Shown piece by piece: positions 23,854 to 36,100 of a stretch of 64,000 nucleotides of DNA (positions are counted from its first letter, which is position 1; each line of letters starts with the position of its first letter). The notes under the pieces are model-generated. The model had not been told where the DNA came from, did not search any database, and saw only the letters and a list, made by a program, of their open reading frames with translations. This DNA is from Zygnema circumcarinatum SAG 698-1b (Eukaryota > Plantae > Zygnematophyceae): contig CM074804.1 in NCBI GenBank assembly GCA_037447605.1, positions 5,185,909 to 5,249,908 of the forward strand. The letters run 5' to 3'. The translations under genes were made by a program, and so were the position numbers.

Positions 23854-24030
23854 GTATTGACGACGTGACTGTACGGATGGATATACTGTACGGACAGCGG
23901 GGGTGACCTTTCAAGGAGAATTCTACTGCAGCCCCGCGTTTTGGCTTTCGCACCCCCCTTTTGATAATTTGGCCTGCCCGTTTTGGTTACCCCCCCTGTT
24001 TTGAATATTTCGGGAGGGAATCTTTTTCCC

Positions 24031-24100
24031 GCCCCTCCCGTCCCCTCCCCTCCCCTCCCCTCCCCTCCCCTCCCCTCCCCTCCCCTCCCTTCCCCTGCCC
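24031..24100. repeat. (CCCCT)n microsatellite
   Basis: Direct inspection. Confidence 0.95.
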
Positions 24101-24240
24101 TGTCCTCCTTGGCCCTCCCCTCCCGCTGAAGTTGGATCATCGTTATTACGACGGGCAATGACAATCAAGGCTTTAACAAGCAGGCTGTTTGCAAACGATT
24201 CTTCAGCAGCGTTGGTCCTTGCATCTCAGGTGATGAACTT

Positions 24241-24410
24241 TTGGCTGCCGAACCATTGCAGTTGCAAAACCCCCACCCGCTTCTGAAGAAACGAGGTCGA
24301 CCTACTAGCGCGCGCAGTTTGGCAATCAGCCGGACAAGAGCCATTTCGAGTACGTTGAAGGGAAAAAATGTTCCAATTGCAAGCAACCAGGCCACAACTT
24401 AAGATCTTGC
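24241..24410 (+). pseudogene. degenerate Mutator/FAR1-like transposase C-terminal remnant
   Basis: QNPHPLLKKRGRPTSAR, then a 1-nt shift, then HFEYVEGKKCSNCKQPGHNLRSC. The xRGRP...CX2CX4HX4C arrangement is typical of MULE C-termini. Confidence 0.55.
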
Positions 24411-24743
24411 CTTAATCTTGCCTTAATTGCTGTACAACATTTTGCGCCAGATCAACGATTTTCGTACGGTACGGAAATGGAACTGGGCGAAATTTGAACG
24501 CGCGTGGACACGCGCTTTGCGATTTGCCAAAATCCCATTGTTAATTGGCGGATGCGAAGTACGCTGAAATTGAACAGGACCCGTAGTTAATCGTTCAAGG
24601 TTCAGTTGGTTTTGTTTTGGATTCGCATTTAAACAAGGACCGTTGTTCAAACAAAACACGGAAACTTAAAGCGGAAACAGTTTTTTTTTTTAACAGCCAA
24701 AATCTTTATTTGTTCAAAGTTCAAACCTATTGATAGTTGGGTA

Positions 24744-25096
24744 CCGTAAAACCGAACACGTTGAGAAATTGAGAAACGATTTTACTTCATTTCTCAAATC
24801 TCAATCTTGTTGAACAGGGTTGGACTTTGAACACTCGAGGTCGAAACTTTTTCTATTTACGACAGCGAATTTTTTTAGAGAAAGGGTTCAAAGACTCAAT
24901 ACGTGTGGATTCCAATTTTTGCCACATAGGTCTGTGCGATTCGAGGGATCTGGTTAACCCGGGCATCATTCGTGCCGTACGGCTCTTTCCACGAGCTGAT
25001 CAACAATTTCTGTACGGACCTGCGCTTGACGATCCACTAGAATCTGATTGTTGATCGGTGGACCCAAAGAAAACTCAAATTGAACACGAACGATAA
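24744..25096 (+). repeat. dispersed repeat R1, copy 1
   Basis: Colinear with 57690-58042 over about 350 bp (e.g. acactcgaggtcgaaacttttt, gttcaaagactcaat, cgtgtggattcca, ttgttgatcggt, aaagaaaactcaaa). Confidence 0.88.
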
Positions 25097-26363
25097 TCGT
25101 TTGAGGAAGCCGGTTTACAGTGACTGCACTGTTGGCAATTTGTTGCTGCTGGAGCTTTGAATTGAAGGCATGAATCGAGCGACGAACGGACCTGGCTTTG
25201 CTGCATTACACGCTCATTCCGATTATTGATAATTGGATTTCCCTTGCAAGAACATGCCTTGTGAAATGTGGCAGACAGTCTGCACCATATTCTTTTTCTC
25301 GAGCAAAATTGTCGTCGTTTGAAGGCTGAAATTATGCATGATCCAATGACTAGACCATTCCAATCCTCGTTGATCTGACCGATTCGACCATAGTCGAACA
25401 TGCTGTCACCCTGAAAATGTTTGCTTTATCCTGGCAGCAGCATCACTCCACTGCACGATTTAAACTGAAATGACGCTTTTGAACCCAGTAAAGTAGAGCT
25501 TCAACAAAACAACAAAGAAAATGGTTGTGCCTACGCTGACTTTATCAGTTCAGTGAAAGCACTCTATGCGACACTCGTACTAAAATAGTGAAAGAAATAA
25601 AGTAAACAGTAAATAAAAATACTACTAAAATAGTGCTGGTTAAGGGTTTTTTTATCACAAGAAGAAAAATCCTTGTCGATTTGATAGGGTCGACAAATGC
25701 ACAAAGGTTTCGGCCGCGCAGGCACAGGGGTTCCTAGAATAGAGCTGTTCTATTTTTTTAAAACTTTTGAGCTCTTCTTGCCTGTCTGTCTGTCTGTCTG
25801 TCCGAGGCGGAAAGCACCAAAACCCTTGCGATGGTTGTCAAGTGCCCATCGCCGACTGCTCAGCGGTGTGCTCCACACCCTGCACACACAGCACCGCCAT
25901 CAATGGAAAGTGAAAAGCATAGAAGTGCTTAGGTCCTTTGCGACCAGTCCCTCGTGGTTCCTTCCCCATGCTGCTTTTGTCCATGTACATTTGATGGCCT
26001 CGCCATCGTGAGATCAATGCCATTTTCCTCCCCTGAAAGTGAGAATGAAAGAAAATGAACTGGCGTTGGACTCACGGCGGCGACGCCATCATCCTGCACA
26101 AGCACAACACGACCAAAGGCAAAATTTGCAACCAATGGCAATGGCAATGTCGATCGCGTGGCGCGTGACGTGGCTATTGACTTTATCGAGATGGCTGGCT
26201 CTGCCGTAAAGTCCGAACAGAAAGCAACTCTCCGGAAAAGAGGACAGCGCGCTGGAGTGGGGACTCCGTGCTGGAGAGCGGAGCTCGCGGTGAGGCGGAG
26301 GGATGGCATAGGGGAAGTGGCAGAGAGAGGGGGAATCGAAGGTAGAGCTCCTCTCAAGCAGGC

Positions 26364-27515
26364 ATGGGCCTGCTCTCCATCATCCGGAAAGTGAAGCGCA
26401 GAGAGAAGGAAATGCGCCTTCTTGTTGTGTACGTTTCTCGCACCCGCTTCGACTCCTTTCTTATCAGAGTTTTGACCGGAAGGGAGGGAGCGTCTGATCG
26501 TTGTGGGAACGCGCTGTCAGGGGACTCGATAATGCGGGAAAGACGAGCATTGTGAAGCGGTTGAATGGAGAGGACATTGATACCATCAGCCCGACCCTAG
26601 GCTTCAATATCTCCACTGTGGAATTCGAAGGGTGAGTGTTGGGCCGCTGCCTCGTTTGTCCAAAGGAAAGTGTCAGAGCTTGAGCTCTTACTTTTTGCAT
26701 GCTTTTTTGCTTCCTGTGGGTCAGGTACAGACTCAACATCTGGGATGTTGGCGGGCAGAAGACGCTTCGATCATATTGGCGCAACTACTTTGAGCAGACA
26801 GATGGCATTATTTGGGTGGTGGACAGTTCCGACGTGAGGCGTCTTGAAGATTGTCGACTAGAACTGCATGCCCTTCTGCAGGAGGAGGTGAGAGCAGTTA
26901 GGAGTTCTCGGAAAGCTATGAAGGGATATTGTGGGTTCTCGAGAACGGTATGCCCTATGAATTGAGCCACTAAGAGTTGTTCTGGAAGTGGTTCTGCGCA
27001 GAAACTGGCAGGGGCATCTGCACTCATACTTGCTAACAAGCAGGATGTGAAAGGAGCTTTGCAAACAGCACAAATTGCTACGGTAGGACGTCTTTCCTGC
27101 ATAGCCTTCAAAGTTGTCTTTACGGCATCTCAGTGGCACGTGGGTGAAGCATTCATGTTCTTACGCGAAATAAGAGGTTGGCAGGGTCTTAGTCGATTCG
27201 TTGAGAGCACGAGATTAGTCATGGGAGTTGTATGAATATAGAGTCTTGGTATGAAAAAGAAGGGGGGTGCGCGATAACAGGAATGATCGTGAACGGTTGT
27301 GTGGAGTGAGGGGAAGGGCAAGTCTGTGTTAGCGGAGAAAATTAAGGAGAGGCAAACGGGCGGCTTGTGTGATGCAGGCTTTGGAAGTCGATCAATTTGA
27401 GGGCAGTCGGCATTGGCGAATTGTTCCTTGTAGTGCATTATCCGGACGGGGAATTTTGGACGGTTTCGATTGGCTAGTGTCAGATGTTGGCTCCCGAATA
27501 TACATGTATGAGTGA
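26364..27515 (+). CDS. ARL2: ADP-ribosylation factor-like 2 (TITAN5 ortholog), 185 aa
   Basis: Exons 26364-26428, 26521-26631, 26725-26887, 27002-27082, 27378-27515. [23 protein letters not shown] and NKQD. Confidence 0.97.
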
Positions 27516-28322
27516 TATCATTCACTATTATTTTCTGCGGGATTTTCGCAATGTATGGCTTGGTCATTGAAACGGAAGACTCCCCCAAACGTTGCAGACT
27601 AGGTAGGAGAAGCCATGGGATGAATACCAACCGTATACCTCTAATCCTATAATGGGATCGGATAGTAGTTCTGGTTTTGCAATGACTGTAGTGAGTTCGT
27701 GGGGCATTACTCTGTTTGTTTTGTAACAAGATTGTGCCTGTTGTTTAATCCGTCAAGGCATATATCCTCTTGTAAATGGCATAAGAAGATCTTGCTTTCA
27801 AATTCCCGTCAACATGTGATGTTTAGAATATTCTGTCAGATCCATTAGATTTTTTTTAAAATGAAACAGGGTCGTTTTGCAGCGTAGAATGAGAATTAGT
27901 TTGTTACTTTCGGGAAAAAAGCTGCCTGGCAAAAATACAACAGGTATCTTTTGAGCGCGGATTGCAATGTCCCATAAAGTGCTCATTTTGGTAACGGATT
28001 TACAAAAGTTTCTTAAGCCTGCCACCGTTCTTCCAGTTAATCGCACGAAGAAGGTGATGGCTGATAAAAAATAAAAAGTCACACCACACTCTTGTAACAC
28101 CAGGCATGGAACATCTTTACATTCAAACTGGGAACACATGCATTACGGAGGGGTCTACTATCTCTCCCTCTCAGAGAATGAGATAAGGCCACGAAGTCTG
28201 CCTAAAGTTCTGCTCGTAGATAAAGAGCAACCTTCCCCCCACGGCTACAAAGCTCACCCCATAATCCAGTGTCACAAGTTTTGCCTCCTATCGTCCGTAT
28301 GTACAACGCTGCTGCCTGCTTC

Positions 28323-31300
28323 CTACATCCCGCGCTTCCCTGCAGCCTTCCCAATGTCCTGCTGTTTGTACATCTGCACCAGCTCCTTTACAACGCGCTT
28401 CACGCTTCCCTTGTTCTTGAACATCAGACGGCGATTCACTTTCGTGTCATAAAACCCCTGCACCCAAGACAGACACGATTTCATTAGACCATCAGCCACC
28501 GATTTGGCTCCCCTCGATTTCCATGTGCTATAAAGATGACAAGCCATTTGAGAGAGTGCCAGCACCCCCACATACAGTCAGGATATGGGACTCAAATGCA
28601 ACTAGCAACTAATATTACTGACAAGCAAACAGCAATTGCAAACTTACCATTTCGTGGAGTTCCTCAAGCATGGGATCCCACTCCGTTGCGGCAACAAGCT
28701 CATCCAGTACACGCGCAAAATCCATGTTCTGCTGCTTCAGCAAATCTTCATTCAGCTCCCGGTCCGGAAAGCCCATGACTTCGAGCTGCTGCAGCAGCTG
28801 TGTCATCTGAGTATCTTCAGAGTACACATTGCCAGCCGGAACATCTCGCACGAGACCATTTACGGATGCCTCGGCCATCACTGCCATCGGTATCTCCTGT
28901 AGTGCGACTTCCTCAGAAAGTGGCTTCGCTACTGAAGCATCACCGGGAAAGGCAATGGCCACATCCTTAGCTGCAGGATGCTCAACAAACGAGAAACCAC
29001 CAACGCTCGTGTTCTCTTCCTTGGGAGATTCGGGTGCAGACACCGCGGCTTGGACGAAGGTAGCAGGCTCTGCAGCCTTGTCAGTGAAAATGACAGGGAC
29101 AGAAAGGACGGGCGGTGACTTGTCCTCGACCTCAATTCCAGCAGAGTTCTGCCCTTGAGGCAGTTCATCGCTCACTTCCACAAGTGGCGCAACTGCGACT
29201 ATCACCTCTGCAGCCAATGGGGCCTCAGGGACTGGCTGGAGGCTCTCAGTTCCAGCCATCTCCACTTGAGATGGTACAGACGCCAGAGGCGGAGCGGAAG
29301 CCAACGAGGTGGCGCGAGAATTCTCCTGAACTGGTGCATCTGCCACAGATTCTGCCACCTGAGGTGACGGCTCGTTGGGTGGGACAACCTATATCACACA
29401 ACCCACAAAAACAGAACACACTGAAAAGCTTTTCTTAAGGAGGACAGTACACAATGTTCATGTAGACTTCTCTCTCCAAAGAAACCTTGTCAGTCAAACC
29501 TTATCATTCGACAACTACGGCTCAAAACTAGTCCTCTTGGCTTGAGCAGAATGGCCTAAAACACTTAGCATACATGCCTTCTAGTCCAAAGAAAGATACC
29601 CATCAACACAGGATTTACGACATGATGAACTGCTCACCTGGATAAGAGCCCAGACGCGGTGACCGAACTTGCGACCTCCAGGGGCCATGAGGCGCCAGTG
29701 ACACACATAGCGTCCAGCTCTCTCTGGGGCCACAAGATCTACAGAGGCCTCGATCTCTTCTCCTGGTTGCATTCCCTCCTCAGGCACCTGGTTGCATAAC
29801 GTGTCGAACGAAAGGATGTTAGAGAGGCAAACGACATGTACGTCTAAAAGCTAGTCGAGACCACCTAGACAAATGGAGAAAGCCAACCCACAACGCAGGA
29901 CACTCACCGGGACGGGCACAAAGTCATCAGCTCCAAAACGATCACCACCAACATGGACAAGGCGGGTGTGCTGAGGCCAGGGCATAGTTCCGTTGTTTCG
30001 CAGGCGCCAGATCTTTGTGAAACGAGTTCCAGGAGTAAACTCAGTTCCATCGAAGATGGTCACATCCTTGACAAACCGAGCATCGAGCTTCCCCTCAGAA
30101 AAGCGATTTTCGAAGGAGCGCCCACAGCTACCCCCACGCCCCATATGGAAAGGCCTCCCTCCAAAGCAAGGGGGAACTCCAGATGTAGGCACGAAACCAT
30201 GTCTTCCCTGTCAATTTCATACACAAACCTGTGTCTTGTCAGGTTCCCTATTGAAAAGTAACTCGAAAAACTCAGACAAGCATCACAAACGGGTCACTAA
30301 TTCCACAGCGTCGCAAGCACTGCCTGTAACCGGAAAAACATCCGGTACCCAGCACGACCAGCATCTAGTCTTTTTAAAAATCATACCGTCCGCCCAAACG
30401 AGCCACCCTCTGCCCAAAATGGGTGCTGGCGAGGGCGAAAGAGAGGGCGCTCGATTTTGTTATACTCTCCCTCCACGCCATGTAATCCATAACAAGTGCG
30501 GCACAAGTCATAATCGGGCTTCCTGAAAACAAGAAAAGTCTGGGATAAGACATACTGGACATGCTGCAGAGGAATCAATGGGCAGTACACCACGGAGGGA
30601 AAGGCATATAATGACCTCTAAGAAAAAAGCTTACAAGCGATCGATTCCAATGAAGAGTGAACAAAGAACAAAAATAGTAACTCGACCAAGGAATGTACAC
30701 CACTTACATGGTCGACTTGAAGCGAGGTCCCACTATGGGACACATCCCACACAGGTCACATTGAACTCCCGTGTGAAACAACCTATCAGCGTCCGTCTCT
30801 GCGTCTGCCGAGCCGGCAGCGCTAGCGGGGATGGCATTCTCACCACCTTCCTTCGGCACATCCTCTGCCTTAGGAGGAACATATTCACCTGCCGGTTCCT
30901 CGCTCTTGGGAACTTCAGGGACCGCACTCTTCTCGGCGTTGCTCTCAGCAACACCTGCGTTTTCAGAGTAGTCCTCATGCATACAGAAACTTGGTTCAAA
31001 AGAGGCAGTGAAGCCCGACTTCAGTGCTGCCTCCACAACCTGACTCAGTGTCTTGGGAGCAACCGCAAGAAAGGGCTGAAAGGCTGCGACTACAGACTCA
31101 ACATCAACTCCACCGTCCTTCAGCGCTGTCTTAATCTTCTCCTCAACTTTCCCCTGAATCTTCTCAAACTCTTCCGCAATTCGAGAGGACGCTGACGACG
31201 ACCCTTCTTCTCGTTTAACACCAGCAGCAGAAGAAGCCTTGGAAGACGATTGCGACGGCTTTTCCTCCGTCGAAGTTGTATTCGACATAGGAGGAGCTGA

Positions 31301-31811
31301 GCCCTCAGACAATTTGAGACTCAAACGAAGGGGATTCAGGCGCTGGATAAGGAGTGCGTCCTTCAGTTCGTCGTCATCCGCCATCGTTACGACATCCCCC
31401 TCATTGTCAGCGTAAGTGAATTCGATAGTTCCTTCCCTCGAAAGCTTGAAAAGATCACGGACCTTCTCAACCAGGACAGAAAAAGACACCTCTGATGAAT
31501 ACATGGTGATGCGCCGGAGCGTAGCGCCATGCTTAATCTGCGAACGCAATCAACACATCCTCCTTGGTCAGGGGCCTACGCAATCCAAACAATACTCCTC
31601 ACTACCTCTCTACCTCTTTGCCTCTCTACTTAAGCATGTTCCGCTGCATCCTGCGACCCTAACCCCAAACGAACATTACCTTCAGCACAAGAACGTCCCC
31701 CATGGCTGCCGACAAGAATGACAGAAGGAGCTTTCACACGCACGGCAGAGCTTCCCAGCAGCGACCGCGTTCCAGTGAGCCGCGGATGACCTTCAATCGA
31801 AGGGAAGCCAT
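28323..31811 (-). CDS. NBR1: selective autophagy receptor NBR1 (PB1-ZZ-FW-UBA-AIM-UBA), about 760 aa
   Basis: Exons 31811-31791, 31537-30708, 30522-30387, 30207-29908, 29787-29638, 29358-28648, 28457-28323. CDLCGMCPIVGPRFKS, FVKDVTIFDGT..KIWRLRNNG and WDPM. The 21-nt first exon has a weak donor (GTCATC) and is least sure. Confidence 0.95.
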
Positions 31812-33197
31812 GGCTTTATGTGCAGGGCCCCGTTTGCAGTCGGTCGCAGGACCGCGTCGCACGAGTCGCAGCAGGTGCGCCCAAGTCGCAGGGGGCCGCA
31901 GTTCTTCGCAGCGAATAGTAACGATCGCAATCCGTCGCAAATTGTCGTAATTCGTCGCCGGCGTCGCAGGTTCGAGAAGCGGTCCCTGCCGGGCGCACAT
32001 TCCTCGTCAGCGCCACGAAGGCGTGTCCGCTACTCCAAGGAAACGTCGCGATTGGCCGAGAACTTGACTCCAGAATGACCGGAGCCAATCGGCGACTCGT
32101 TTACGCGACTACCAAAATAGTGTGAATGAATGACTTGCCTTTCGTCGATGGATGGGGCATGGACTCATGGGCATCCATCCATCCATCCGATGGATGGATG
32201 TGCTTCGTCGCTGGGGCTTGTCTTTGGCGATGATTATGGATAGCATGATGATTTTATCCATGTTTGATGGCACCGCCATCGTGGGACCAATGCCGCATCC
32301 TCCACTATCTGATAGAAAGAGAATAGAAGATGTGGCATTGGTCTCACGATGGCGATGATGCCATCAAATGTACATGGAAGGCTTGTAGTTGACACTTGAC
32401 CTCCGCTTTGCTGCTTTGAGAGCCGTGTGCGTTGTTAGTCAGGCTTAGGCAGCGTTCCACTCGTAGCCTCTTTTTCTTTTTGTGGGTTATTTATGACACT
32501 TTCATAGTAGTTCTGCATATTGCCTTCTTGCATGTACTCTTGATGGCGTTGCTATTGTGAGGTCAATGGCAAAGCACCACACTGTTCATGTTGGCATGTA
32601 CACCTCAAACTCACCACACTGCACGACCCAACACTGAACCGAATTGTATTCATACGGTTCCTTCTCTAATTGTCATTTTAAGGTACAGTACTGTATTTCG
32701 AGGGTCGGAGATTGTCACTGCACGTGCGGAAGGCATGCAATGTTTGGGACTTGCAGAAGCGATCGCATTGTCAATCCAACTTCCCGTATAGAAGAATTTG
32801 CGCGAATAGCAAACCTTACCAGGGGTTTGAAACCATAAGCGATGGCGATTTCGAGTTCACAATCGATTCATCACAGCACCATTGCTGACATAGTAGCGGT
32901 GTTTGACTTCGTTTGAGAGGGAGAAGCATGCACGAGCTTTTAAGGTTGTATGTTAGTTGCATACACTGGTTATGGCGAGCGGAGAGGGAATGAGAACTTC
33001 AAAAAGACATAACGGCAGTTCAAAAGGAAGAAAAACAGAGAAAACTAAAATCAGTACGTACAGAAAAAGACACGGCTTGGCTATGCTCATTCACGCAGTT
33101 CACCCCATGTCGTGCATCAAGGCAGCTCTGACAACATTGAATGAACAATTTGAATTTCATTATTTAAAGAAGAAAAATTACAGAGCCCCTCGCGCAT

Positions 33198-36100
33198 CTA
33201 TAGGGAACCAAAGCTGGACAAAACACCTTTGAAGTATGTCACGAAAGCAGACGCCAGTGATGTGTCTTCAGACTTAACTTTGGCAGATGCAGTTCCAGCA
33301 GCCTTATTGACAAGTAACTCTACCAGAAAAACGCCGCTGCCGGAGGGCGAGTCGGCTTTCTGTGCATAAAAAAAAAACTTAAAGTTGGGAGCTGTTCCTC
33401 CTGATGCCATGCATTGAACGTTTTTGGACGCCATATGCTTCAGCAAAGGTGGGGGCCCGAGCAGAGCCTCTGCAGCCTGCACGGATAAGTTTTCGTTCTG
33501 TACAGGCAGCAACAACAGCATTAGGGCATAACTCAGCACGTCCCACAAAAGTGAAGCCCGATAAAACCTGTTCAAATACGACTATGCAACCTGCAGTGTG
33601 TGAATAAACATTAGATGACCAAGCTCAACAAGTGTCAGGAGAATTTGCAAGACTCACCAAAGTTTCGGTGATAGGCAGCTGGCTCCACTTCCGTTGGAAC
33701 GTTGGCGCATCCAGGACAGGCCGAGGATTGAGTCTCAAAGTGGGAACTGGACGCAGGACTTGGCTGGGAGATGGTGAGGTGAATCCAAGCAGGTCATCTA
33801 GCGAAGCAATGGCTGAGGCGGGCGCCGGAGGAGGCATGGAAGAGGCTGGTGGCCCTGCTGATGAGAAAGGCTGAGCTCGCTGGACGGGCTCATAGCTTGT
33901 TCTTGCACCAATTGATGCTGGCTGCATCAGGGGAGTGGCAGGAAGAGCTGCGGATGGTGAAGGTGAAAGCAGATCAAAAGTAGGGACCTCTTGAGGAGGT
34001 GCCATCACGCTGGGTCCATTGACGGCAGGTGCAAGGGTTTCTTCCTTCTCTTCAGCACTAAGAAGTGTATCTGCTTCGGAATAAGGCACTCCAGCCGAGG
34101 CAATCCCACTGGGTGAGGGCAGAGCTGCCGGCGCAGCCATGGCTTCAGGGTCGGTGACATCGAGTGGTCCACGGAACTCCTTATCAAGGAACAGGTACGA
34201 GGGCTGCAGGAAGCCAGCATACCACAAATGGATGGTAATAAAATGAGCAGTAGACAACTTGCAATACATTCAATAGGTACCATCATATTACATACTCCAC
34301 ACCTAACCATGACCTGTCCTAAGCCAGCCACAAACTGATAAATTCAGCTTAAACTGATTGATTTAGTCATACAAGCGCAATAATCAGGACCCTTCGAAAA
34401 TTTAGACGAGTGCAATACGATTCGGGCAGAAAGAATTGCTGAGATCTGAAAAAAACCATGCAAAATCCGCAGCAATCCAATCATGACTTGTAAAAGGGGA
34501 AGCCGTAACCGACGCCATCGAGACCTGCTGAGCCAACTACAGAAGCTGCAGTGAATGAGCCATCAGGCAGACAAAAGGCGGCCCCCATGTCAGTCACAAA
34601 TTTGCAGGAAGAAGCTATTAGTGGTACGGCTGGCATGGGTAACCCTAAACTCGAACCCCTAACCTTAACCCTAAACCCCAAAACCCTAACCCCCGCGAGC
34701 CCATGTCGCTACGGCCCTATCGCGGTGGCCACACACCTAGCACGGGTGGGAAAAGCGGAGAATAGGAGGGTAATCACCCGCCTGTATACTGTATGAGAGT
34801 TCGAATGACCCACCTTCCGGTAAACAACTGCCAAGGTGTTGAATTCGTCAAAAACGCGGTCTTTAGCCTCACTGCTTTGTGATTCAGCAAACACTGACAC
34901 CGCTTGCCTTGGAGGGTTAATCACTCGTTCTGCGGCTTCAATTCCTGCCTGCAGAAGGCGGTAATAAAGAAGTGCTCTATCATGTACATCCTGCGCACAA
35001 ACAAAGTAATACAGCATTTGTAAGTCCATCTGGAAAGTTGTCGACAACCATGGTAATGGCTGCCCAAGAATGCTGAGCCTATAGCACATGTACATGATGT
35101 GTTCACGTATGAAGTACATGCATTCGTTATGTACCTCTATTTGCAATCGACACTCCTATCTCGCCAGCGTAGGCCGGTTACAATTGTGACAAGGGTCAAG
35201 CTGCTGTGCTGGCATGGTTCCCCGTTCATAGGGCTATGTGCAGGCTTTCATTGCCTTACCTGGTGTTGATCGGTGAGACCATGAGACAGGGCTGTCCCCA
35301 AAATCGACTGGCACTCTGGTGGTCTTTTGAAGAACAGCTTGGCTATAGCCGTCAAGATCTCTAGCCTCACCTGCAGGCCATTCACGATTCGACATCCCGA
35401 GTGAATCCACTTCCTTTCTTGAAAGCCGATCTTTCAATTCGATTCCACAAGTCAACTTGAATCTTGCAAGTAAATCGAGTGCTGAAGCATAAATTTGTCA
35501 TAGGACAAGTTTCCAAAGGCGAGGGCAAGGACAATAATTCTCGTCAACTCATCTTCTGCCAACTGCAATTTTCGAATCCAACAAAAGTTTGAAGGAAGCT
35601 GCATGTACTATGATTTAAAAATTGTCACACCATGAATCCAACAACTTAACTGAGCGAAAGCTACTCGGATCCCTCTGCGGAGGGATGCAAAATGCAGGGT
35701 ACTGACCATTGGCATCAAGGACACATTTTTTATATAACCCATGGAAGTAGTGGTAATGCGGTCCCAACATCTAGCACAGTTGAAGACTTACCACCGGAGA
35801 TTCCTCCTCTGCCCAGCCGTCAATGAGGCCCTCCAGAACATAAGGGGAATCTTGCATGTCCTGCCCGTACTCCCCCAGCATCCAAACAAGAGCCGCTTTG
35901 GCCTTCGGCTCCTGCACGCCCTTGCTGCTGACGCTTCCCACAACCGCTATGCAGTCTTGACTCCATTGAGGGTACTTCCGCAGCAAATCCTTTATGAGGA
36001 CCTGAACCCAACTCAAAATACTAGCAACGACAGATTATCAATCTTTTAAGCCTCAGACGAGAGTTAGAAAGGATTTTCTTGTTCCGAGGCAGTGAAACAT

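Noticed and set aside
32170-32200. (CATC)n/(GATG)n hairpin
   Set aside because: It is a short inverted microsatellite with no evidence for an ncRNA.
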